Assembly: GCA_024704765.1 (NCBI GenBank)
Contig: JAKMXF010000321.1
Location: 930,001 to 994,000 of the forward strand
From: Oopsacas minuta
Taxonomy: Eukaryota; Animalia; Porifera
Length of the DNA stretch: 64,000 nt
Reading direction: 5' to 3'
The notes under the pieces were generated by a model. It was not told the origin of the DNA. It saw only the letters and a program-made list of their open reading frames with translations, and searched no databases. Shown here piece after piece: positions 22,501 to 32,239 of this stretch. Both the position numbers and the translations under genes were made by a program. The first letter of the stretch is position 1. Every line of letters begins with the position of its first letter.

Positions 22501-25500
22501 GCAATGGTGAGACGGCTCTCCATCTGTGTATAACCAAAGGTAACAACTCTGTGGCCAGACTGTTAATACTGCACGGAGCTGATGTTAATGTATTAGATTA
22601 TGAGAAAGATACACTGTTACATATAGCAGTGAGGGAAGGGAGGAAGGAGATAGCGGCAATGCTCCTAGAAGCTGGTATTAAGTCAGATGAACAACAAAAA
22701 AACGGCATCACTCCATTAATGCTAGCAGTTGAGGCAGATCGTGCTGACTTTATCCCTCTCATAATCGCTCGTGGATTTACTCTTTCTAAGAAAGATGAAG
22801 ATGGAAACACTGTAATCCATCATATTGCAAAGAATAATTCCTGCTCTTCTGCTAAATATTTTCTCCCTAACATTTCTGGAATGAAACTATCGGATATGGT
22901 TAATGAAATATTCGAGAAAAAGAATGTAGCTGACAAGACTCCGTATGAGATTGCATTGGAGTGTAAACATCAACCAATTCTTAAGATATTCATAAATTAT
23001 GCGGCAAAAGACTACTACAAGAAACGTCCTAAAGAAATTCATTCATATTACGATTTAAAGCTCTTCCAAACATTGAAAGTGGTCATAAACAAATCTATTG
23101 AAGAAGATGAACATCGCGGTAAGCATTAGATAATATTAAGACTGTAAAAATATGATTAATCATAGCATCCTATACACTTAAGCAATACAATTTGATTTCC
23201 AAAGAATATTGGAAGTCGTCAATAATACCATATATGGTCATTTTCAAGATTAAGTCATAATTATCAGAGATATCATATCAAAATGTATATTAGGGTATGG
23301 GAAAGCGGGTATATTCTATATCTGTGTCAGTTGGTTTGGCCGTAACATTGAAGGATGCCAAGTTATGGATGAACATTGGTCCAAATATGCCACCCATGGT
23401 CACCAATATAACTCTCTAACTTTATCATGAGAAATTTTTGATATTTTGTGTTGCAGCATCGTTAGATCCCATGGTATAAATTTGAAACGATAACTTTTAT
23501 TAATTAACTCATTATAGCATTTCTTTGACATAATTGCTAACTAAGCAAGCAGATGACGTAATTCGGCCCAAAAATACTTTGTAGATATAGAATTTGTGTA
23601 TTGTTAAATATCAGTAATACTAATATTCGGGTCAAAATGTGCCATTTTAGTTTATCACGACGAATAGAATTTCCTATGCGAATATTGAGGTTTTCAATCA
23701 ATCCATGATCCAAAATTTTCAGTGACCACCATTGCCTTAGGATATTGACCGCTATGGATTAATTATATGATAAATCATATAGATATAGATTTGAAAATAT
23801 CAAAATTGGGAACGCCATACTCTACTACCCCTAGCTGGCAGTTGAAACGAATTTATAGCATCATTTTGAAATATCGGTAAAAGTTATGAAAATAAAATTA
23901 ATCATATCATATATCATGTAGATATGAATTCGAAAATATTTAAATTTGAATCGTCATACTCGATTACCACTAACTAGCTGTTAAAACAAAATCTTTTCAA
24001 ATAAGGTGTTGTACATATCAGGGTAGTAGGAAGCCATGGATATACCGACTCATGGCCCATAGAACTAACATTATTTCATACAAAAAGTGAGGCGGCCAAA
24101 GCCGCCCCAGCCGCCCCGCTTCCGACGCCCCTACATCTAGTGAATAATTATTTCATAACTCATACGTATAAGCTTGCGCGTGTGCTGATAACATCTATTA
24201 TAACAGTTCTAAAATCATTTTTGGGCTGATTTAAGATTATTATACTCGACGCCATTGTTAGTTGGAAATTTGCATAAGCTCCATCGCCCACATGAATATT
24301 GTCATTTTCGGATTTTCTGTCATTATTTCACCATTTCTCAGTGAAATTCAACTACACAATATATTTACCAACAAACGGGTGAATTATAGCTCCTTTGGCA
24401 CACTCAATCAACATTTTCGAAGTATAGTCACTGAAACTATTCCTTGAATTGGCCACTTTGCACTATCATAACGTCATAAATTAATGAGATAATGATAATG
24501 AGCCGCCCGCCCGCATATCATATCGACATCATGTGGACTGAATCAAGTTTCTCATTAACAGAGGCCCAAAGGATAATTGATTTATGTTATACATTTGAAT
24601 TTATAGGAGAGGTATTAGCTGAAACAATCATTTTCGATTCCAACGAAGATGGGAAATATCCAGATGACTCAGATTTCAAACCTCTAAAACCATCATTTCT
24701 CCACAAGTTACTAGACTGTCCAGACCAAGAACTGAAGTATCACCCAATATTTAATATCATCATAGACAAGAAGCTACGTATATACCGCTGGTGGTATGTA
24801 GTTTCTCTATTATTTTATTCGTTTTTCCTAGCTTGCCTTGGCTATGCTCTAATACAAGCATCTACGCAGTGTGATGCTACTCTCTGGGTGTATGCAAATC
24901 CTGTAGATTGGGTAAGAGCAGTTTGTGAGGTTATTAGTCTGTTTTACCTAGGATTCTTCTTGATGAACGAATTTGTAGAATTCTTCATAGAATGGATTCG
25001 TATATGTGATGAGAGAAAAGACGGAAAAGAAGACACAGGCGTTACTGTAAAATACATTACTGACTCAGCGAGAGGAGATAATACTACTCTTTTAGTTAAA
25101 ATCTTCATTTGCTGGCATAATTTTACAAATTTGTTCCATGTGGTAGACGTAAAATCTAGATTTTTTTTCAGTGCATTTCAAGGCTACTTTGATGGTGTAT
25201 ACAATTTCCTAGATTGGTTTGCAATAATATCATTTGTCATTCTGATAATTCTGAGAGCAATTAGTTCTCACATACAGTGGTCATTTGCTGGATTAACTTT
25301 TATATTCTTCAGTTTATCACTCTTTAAGTATACTCGTATCTCTCCAGAGCTAGGTGCGTATGTCAGCAGTGTCTTCCGTATATTTATACTGGATATTCCT
25401 CGTTTCTTTATCCTCATAGTAATAATTCTGGTAGCATATATAGGTGGTATTCACTTAGCAGCTAGACAACAACCAATATCAGAACAAGATGCTATGATTG

Positions 25501-27187
25501 AGAGTATGGACGGTTCTGAAAGCCTCCCCTATGCCATTTGTAACACTAGCAGGTCAGCTTTCTTCTGGTTTAACTCCGATTTGACTAGTCTGTATGATCT
25601 TAGACGTCCACTACTATCTGGCATAATTCTCCTCCTGGATGGAGGACCTGGAAACTATGAAGACGATATCCTAACGGATAACTTCTTTTTCACTTTAATA
25701 TATTTAGGATTCGCATTCACTATCATTATAGTGATGCTGAATATTTTAATTGCTCAACTCTCTGAAACATATGGAGAAATTATAAAGGAGAGTTCCTTTC
25801 ATTATAAGATTGATCTGGTGGTTACATTAGAGAACAAGTCAAATCTTGCATTTTTGTTCGGAAAACGTTTCAGAAAATACACAGCAATTGAATCCCTCAA
25901 AATATCTCTTCCATACTGGAAACAATTGAAAGATGGTAAGTTCAGGCCCAGGGCCACTTGTTTTAAACGGAATAAATTTTGCTACTGTTAGTACTGTTCC
26001 TACATAAATGAAATTTCAACCGGACCTTTATCGTAGAGCTGCTACGACTTAGCTAGACCACTTTAATATCCGTGCTGTCAGACATGAGTTATTAAAATTT
26101 CGGAAATATTTTAGATATCATTATTACAATAACGCATGTAAAATTATTGCTTTAAATTTACATCATTTATAAAATACATTAACGATTCTGACATATCTGT
26201 CAAATTAAGTTTGACCAACAATTATAGACTTGTATACAAGTGAGTGTATCAGCATTAAATATCCATTACAGATAGGACATTAGTCGATCACCAAATTAAT
26301 GATGACGCTCACGATCAAGATCGTAGATAGTGATCCCAATTCTTTCGCCAAAAAGGATCGAAATCACTTCTACAATCATTTTACGATCACCTTTCTGAAT
26401 TGTATAAACACCTCCTGTAGAGAGAGATGCTCTATTACATGCGTCCGTCCGTCCGTCTACGCGATCATGCGAAATCTAACAGTCCGATTACTATGAAAAT
26501 TATTACGTACATACATTTTGACATAAATATTGGGGTCTAGATTCCAAATATTCCAATTATGTCATCCTAAACGATTGAAATATGATCGAAATTTTTCGGG
26601 AAATATGATCGCAGTCTTCCAATCGATCACTGTTTATAAAATGATCGGTGATCATCCACCGATAATAAAAATAGATCACGATCGTGCGATCATTGAACTT
26701 ATGCACTAATTCCAGATCATAATATTGTATGATAACAAGCTGATCATTCGTGAGAGTAATGTTAAAATAGTATTAAGACTTCTATCCTCAATTGCTTGTA
26801 CAGTCAATCCCAAATTTGATAAATCAAGAATAGATACCATCTTTCCTCAGAGATCTGTGGGATTTTGTTTATAGTTTTTAAACTTGTCCTTATACATATT
26901 TCACATACACCAAGGGGAATTGGTTTGCATAAAGCATTTATTATTTTGGCATTTACTGTATTTACTTAGTAATAAATATATTTGAATTAATTCTCATCTC
27001 AAATATTGTAGAGAGCCCTAATCGGAGTGGAGATCAAGTAATATTGGATACCAACGAGGATTTGAAACGTACTGAAAAGATGATTGAAAAAGAATTCGAG
27101 AAAACAATCACATCCATTGACGACCTTAATAATAAAGTGAATGAGCTCAGATACAGACTGGACGAGTACATTGACTTCGTGATTTAA
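16508..27187 (+). CDS. Ankyrin-rich TRP cation channel (TRPA-like architecture), about 1165 aa, 7 exons
   Basis: Hand-built GT-AG, phase-consistent model: 16508-16756, 17170-17210, 19214-19569, 21425-21631, 21979-23118, 24607-25935, 27012-27187 (3498 nt). About 14 ankyrin repeats (e.g. GFTILHCAVQGG, GYTALNIAVQFG, GETALHLCITKG), pre-S1 ELKYHPIFNIIIDKK, six TM helices, S6 MLNILIAQLSETY, terminal coiled coil ending DEYIDFVI*, AATAAA at about 27302. The first two exons are less certain. Confidence 0.85.
17363..17753. mobile_element. Non-autonomous TIR element in TRP intron 2
   Basis: Termini TAGGGC...GCCCTG, internal GGTTAAC(C) repeats, perfect 7-bp flanking duplication GCAGGCA (17356-17362 and 17754-17760). 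Confidence 0.65.
18650..18945 (+). mobile_element. Non-autonomous Helitron-like element
   Basis: 5' (T/C)C(T/A)ATATTATTAAATCTCAATTATTGT followed by a (GTTT/GTCT)n microsatellite; 3' GC-rich CGCGAGCAAGCGAAGCGAG then CTAG|T. The same 5' end occurs at 29274 (A|TC). Similar 3' ends at 50529 and 56270. Confidence 0.65.
19832..20587 (-). mobile_element. Non-autonomous Helitron-like element, reverse copy
   Basis: Reverse strand reads A|TCTATATTATTCAAACTCAAGTATTGT...(GTTT)n from 20587. The internal GTAATCGGGTAAGCTGATTCCAAATATG matches the 18650 copy, and a degenerate 3' end GCGCGAGCAAGTAAAGCGCG lies at about 19835. Confidence 0.6.
20788..21092. mobile_element. MITE family C (CTAAG termini, 8-bp TSD), copy 1
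   Basis: TIR CTAAGTTGTTTAATACG...ATATTATACAACTTAG; perfect TSD GTATATAG (20780-20787 and 21093-21100). Subterminal CGTATAATA/CGTATTATA arrays. Homologous to 47090-47410. Confidence 0.8.
21678..21837. mobile_element. Tigger-like MITE remnant in TRP intron 4
   Basis: Ends in GTGTCGGTTTATTCAGGTTCCACTG|TA and aligns by eye with 39070-39205. Confidence 0.65.
26280..26700. repeat. GATC/CGATC-rich repeat remnant with a (GTCC)n microsatellite
   Basis: Dense GATCG/CGATC words and GTCCGTCCGTCCGTC at about 26443, inside the last TRP intron. Confidence 0.45.
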
Positions 27188-28167
27188 TATTCTGTACATC
27201 AATATTTGTATCATATCGCGCGTACTTGTAAGATGTTTTTTGTATGTTTGTAAAAAATTTTAGAGGAGGAGTGTTATCTATACATTTGAAATACTATGTA
27301 CAATAAAAATTATTTTCGTTAATAACTACTCGAAATGATTAAGTTTCTTCTATCCGTAAGTACCAGAACAAGGCTTGAGCTGATTATATTCTTTAAGTTT
27401 ATTAATTTTCATGAACAGTTAGCATACAAAATTGAAAGAAAACTTAGGAGGAAAGGTTCCTATTATTTGCGTGCTCCATGCTATCCACCAGAAATCGGGA
27501 CAATTTTGCTTTCGAACAAGTCGGACATTGTGTTTAACAAATGTCCGAATAATGATAATTCCGCCAAAGTTGGGCTATATAGCGGGAAATATTATTCAGT
27601 TAGCTGACAATAACTGCTGTGAAACCAGAGGCGCATTTGCGGGAACCTATTTTTATTTTGCACATGAAATGTCAGATTTTCAAGCCAACTGCCCCAATTT
27701 TTTGGCGCCTGCCCACTCAGCGCCATAGTCTGCTACTGTGCGAAGCGAACCCAGAACTAGGGAAGAATATCTATTCTTATCAAAATAGTTTCAATGAATA
27801 ACATGATATGTCAATGGATCAACAATGGATGATGACCCAAGGTCCACTCCAAAAACATGAATATTCAGTAGCGGCCAGGGCTTGACATAACCATTGTCAA
27901 GTTATTTTGATTCACAACAAAATCAATCAAAAATCAAAATTAATTCATCAGGTCATTCCGAAAATGTATTGCTTTAAAGTGTGATGTATAACGAAACATT
28001 TGATATATGGACAATTAATAATAGAAAATGTATTTATACAATCCAACCTTGTAATATGTTTGTATCTTATAAAGCCCATCGTGTTGTCCCTAAACTACAG
28101 ATAATATACTTTCAAATACATCAATTCATAATAATGATTCTAAGAAGCTAAAGTAACAGATATAACA

Positions 28168-28334
28168 TAGTGAAACCTCTGTTAGTGAATACTTGATCAG
28201 AGAACATGAGTTTACTCTGTTCTTCGCCACAAATTATATCAATCATTTGTTGGAACCTCTAGTTCGTGAACACCTCGATATAGTGAGCAAAAACTTCGGT
28301 CCCGAAGTGTGTTCACTATAGAGGGGTTTGACTG
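28168..28334. mobile_element. Tc1/mariner-like MITE
   Basis: Left TAGTGAAACCTCTGTTAGTGAATAC; right end reverse-complements to CAGTCAAACCCCTCTATAGTGAACAC and is followed by TA. A related left end is at about 28428. Confidence 0.55.
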
Positions 28335-28579
28335 TAGTAAGAATCATGGACATGAAAACTCAGAATAGTTATTTTGAAACACTTAAAAATAGAAGTGAAG
28401 AGACGCAAAACGTGATAGAATTTGGTACAGTCAAACCTCCTTATAGTGAACTCTCTCGATACCGAAACTTTATGGGGGTTTTATATAGCAAAAAACTGTA
28501 GTATATAATAGTTCAGCGCTATATAAGGAATCTCGTGAAAAATTACATGAAAATATCAGAACGAGGGGGGGAGCTGATG

Positions 28580-28720
28580 CAGTAAAATCGTGTTTAAAGA
28601 TTATTTAGAGAGTCGAAATGTACATAACTAGACTCAGCTAGCCTAACGGCGTTGAACAAGAGTCATTAGATGGGTTTGGGACGAAATTTGGAAAGGAAAG
28701 TTGTTACATTCCTGAGACAT
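28580..28720 (+). repeat. Unclassified interspersed repeat D, copy 1 (others at about 30140-30290 and 59765-59910)
   Basis: Three same-strand copies share ATAACTAGACTCAGCTAG(C/T)CTA(A/G)C(G/A)GCGT(T/C)GAACAAG...CACATTCC(T)G. Confidence 0.7.
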
Positions 28721-29273
28721 TCCTGCATTGATCCAACAGTTTGATGTGTCACTTGACTAAATATGGTCAAGTGACATATCAAACTGTTGGAAATTTATGC
28801 TGAGTACGGATCAGGTGGTAAAAAGTCGATTCGATTCGATCGATTTGAAGAGGTTATCGCTTGGGGGATGTATCGGCGAATTAGCTCACAGCCGCTATTA
28901 AAAAAGGCTAGAAGGGATCCAAAATGTATTCGCCGGAAGTGGTTCTTATCAAATATCAGGATCTATGGTCATGGTTAACACATAGAAAAGTTTGCTTCCC
29001 AACAAATTGTTGGAAATTGTTTGCACATGACAAACTCCGAAAATGGGATTTAGTTGTGATTAAATGTTGAATTTAACAAATTATAATATTTATGCTCTCC
29101 AAGGATCAAAAACTTTACTGCAGGCATCTTTGATAGAATCAGGGTAGACCCAGTTAAACGATACTTGCCTTGGCGGGCTTGCAGATTGTCATAATAATTT
29201 TTGATACTTCGCCAATCGCCATAGCATTATAGCTTCCCAGTAGAAATAAGAATATAAATAATTAGATTGTGAA

Positions 29274-29520
29274 TCTATATTATTAAATCTCAATTATTGT
29301 CTGTCTGTCTGTTTGTTTGTTTGTTTGTCCGTTGTCAAGGGAAGGATTTATGGTATGCAATTTGAAATTGGCATAACTATGTATTTATCGTGTTTATCAA
29401 GGAAGTAAATAGAATTCAATGAAACTTCACTAAATATATCGAACATACTGAATCCGATTTTCACACTTTTGGATTAATCATATGTAAATTTATTGTTGTT
29501 TTTATGGATATAAAGTTCTA
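29274..29520 (+). mobile_element. Helitron-like 5' fragment
   Basis: A|TCTATATTATTAAATCTCAATTATTGT(CTGT)n(TTGT)n, sharing CACACTTTTGGATTAAT-ATATGTAAATTTATTGTTG with the 18650 copy. Confidence 0.6.
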
Positions 29521-31184
29521 AGTAGATACTTGCTCTCAACGGCTACAAAGATGGTTGATCTTACAAATAATTCAATAATATATATTGTTCTAAATATATA
29601 TCTCTATTATAGTACTTAAAGGGGCCGTCAATTTGGAGAATAATGGATACCTCGAGGCGCAATGCGACAAGCCAAAGGCTCGTATCTATAATATCATTTT
29701 GCCTCTATACTCCGCAGGCCCTCTACAGGACCAGGGTTGGCTACGCCAATGTCATAGAAGAAGATAATTAATGGGTTGAAAAAAATGGCCGACAAACTGG
29801 TAGTGCAGCTCAGGGTTACGTATTTTTGTTCTTTTCAGTGGGGGCACGCCCCCTGATTCCCCGTGTATATGCTGCTATACACCAGACATCGACTGATTTT
29901 GGGATCCTGGATCTGACTACACATCATGGCGAATTACAGAATATGTCTCTTACGGATGTTGGATTATCAAAATTCCATTCACTGAGATTCTGAGAACTAT
30001 GTGCATTGTGACAGAGGCACACTGGAAACAGTTTGGCATAATGCACGGAGTTCTCAGTGAATAGAAATATGATAATTATTACAGAATTATGTATCTGTAA
30101 GAAATATGTCAATAAATATTAGCCACTAGGGATAATCCTGTAAATCTTGTTTAATTAAAGATAATTGAGAGTGTCGATAAGTGCATAACTAGACTCAGCT
30201 AGTCTAGCGGCGTCGAACAAGGGGTCACTCAATAGAGTTGGGGCAAAATTTGAGAGTGGAAAGTTGACACATTCCTGCGTTCCTAGGGAAAAAATCTTCC
30301 CAAAATATTCATTGGACCACTTAAACGAGGCGAAATCTCTACTGATTAAAAAGATGAACATAAACATTACGTCGATATGAGCATCTAAAGTGTGAAATGT
30401 GGCTCACAAAACAAAACCATCAAGGGTGCCAATCTAGCGCCGGGCTGTTATTTTATGAATCAGAAACTATTAGTGCTCTTAAAAATCAATTACACCAATC
30501 GAATGTTCCAAAACACAACATTGCTGGCTGGGATGACAGGATTTTGGGGAAATGAATTGATATTCTAAATATTTCGAATTCTGTGAAATTACGTCAAAAT
30601 AAATGGCAAACTTGTGTATGTTCTCAATGAAAATAACCGATATTAAAATATCTTGATCAAACGATTACTCAAAATCTAAAGAAAGATTCAAGATCGTTAA
30701 AACGTAAAATACAAACTTACTCTTGTTGAATTAGCATATCCTTGCATTTCGTGATCTCGAGTTTGAGGAACAAGTTAATTTGATACAAAGTTTGATAATT
30801 AAATTTGAAGACGTGTTGTTATCAAGAGATTTTAGATTACGTAGAACGATAATAATACGTATAAAATATCCAATACTATAACATGCTATTGAAAATAATT
30901 AGGTTTAGGGTTAATAAATCAATAAGTCACTATAAATTATTCAATTAACTAATTAATCAATTAAAACCCTAATTGACTTTGCTATAATAGATCGGATTGT
31001 GTGTGCATTAGAATGGCAGATCGATATCAACTTCATTGTTCATGCTGTAAATTCCTAAAGTTCATCTGCAAACAATTCCATTTCATTAAGGAAATGGTAT
31101 AATAGAAATGTATTAATAAATTTTAGATGAATTCCACGGTATTGTAATGTCAGATTCAGAATATAAGTAAAAACCTTCGACTGT

Positions 31185-31263
31185 CTATAGAAATTAACGC
31201 TCCATGAAATTAACGCGAATGCTCCAATTCGCGTTAATTTCATGGAGCGCTAATTTCCTATAG
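31185..31263. repeat. Near-perfect 79-bp inverted repeat (hairpin)
   Basis: Arms CTATAGAAATTAACGCTCCATGAAATTAACGCGAAT and ATTCGCGTTAATTTCATGGAGCGCTAATTTCCTATAG differ by one mismatch and one indel; loop GCTCCA. Confidence 0.9.
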
Positions 31264-32239
31264 TAAGGTGATATGCATAATAAATGTATGTATGGTACTG
31301 TATGTAGCAGATCATAATTATTTTTATGATAGTCATGTAACATGTTTGTCAATAATTTTGTAAGACCATTTCGAATTTCCGGTAAATATATTCAAGCCTA
31401 TGAATTAAATCACTCCCTCATCAGTGCCCTACAGTGTTAATCTGCAAGGCGAAGAATGCTCCAGTAGGAAAGAGTTCCTGACTTCTAGAATTTATCAACC
31501 AGGATTTTGCTGAATAGTCGATTATTTTAGTTGCTCCACAAACAGCTAAGCAGATTTCAGGCGAATCTCATTTCAATACTGTGCACCTGTTACGATAAGA
31601 TATAATTGAGTTAGAACATAGCTCGATTATACAATTCAGTAACAATACTGTACATAACATATCGGTACAGTTCTCTAACATATAAATATGGAAAAGTTAA
31701 GAAAGTTAGATAATGTACTGTAGTGAAATAGTTGGTAGCTAACTTATGGATGAGTCGTATAAATAAATATTTGAATTAAATACTTAATGTTAAAAAAGAA
31801 CATGAAAAATAGAATTAAGTTAAGTGCAGTAGAAGTCAGATAAGATGGAAAACGGATATTAGTACGTACAAACCGATGTACCTCGTATACGAATATTATT
31901 CCTAATAATTTAGTACAATAATAGAAAATTCGTTACGAAGAAAAGTACGTAAGTACGAACTACAGAGTTCTACGTATTTCACTTTGGCCATGAACAGGAA
32001 AATAATAAGCTTTTTCGTTCCTCACATGAAAAATGATCATGAGGTCATTATTTTGCGATTGCATTAAAAAATATTGTGTATGTCCTAAAACGAATAAAAA
32101 ATAATAACCATATTTGTAAACACATCAAAATTGATTGATTGACAAGGCTGTTATTCGGTTAATCGACTTACAAAAGTTGGTATTAGATACAACGGTAGAG
32201 GCAATGAGTAGATAGATAATAAAATAATATGTTCATACT

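Noticed and set aside
24019-24133. Possible hAT MITE (CAGGGTAGTAGGAA...TTCCGACGCCCCT)
   Set aside because: TIRs are too degenerate and there is no clean TSD.
26270-26870. Alternative last TRP exons (acceptors at about 26271 and 26793)
   Set aside because: They give short peptides in repeat-like DNA; 27012-27187 supplies the expected coiled coil and is followed by AATAAA.
30715-30850. Peptide LVELAYP/AFRDLEFEEQVNLIQS resembling the nuclear-receptor LBD signature
   Set aside because: Needs a frameshift and a two-residue gap, has stops nearby, and similarity does not continue; probably chance.
31380-31420. CTGATGAG on the minus strand (hammerhead ribozyme core)
   Set aside because: No stem II closing onto a GAAA could be formed.
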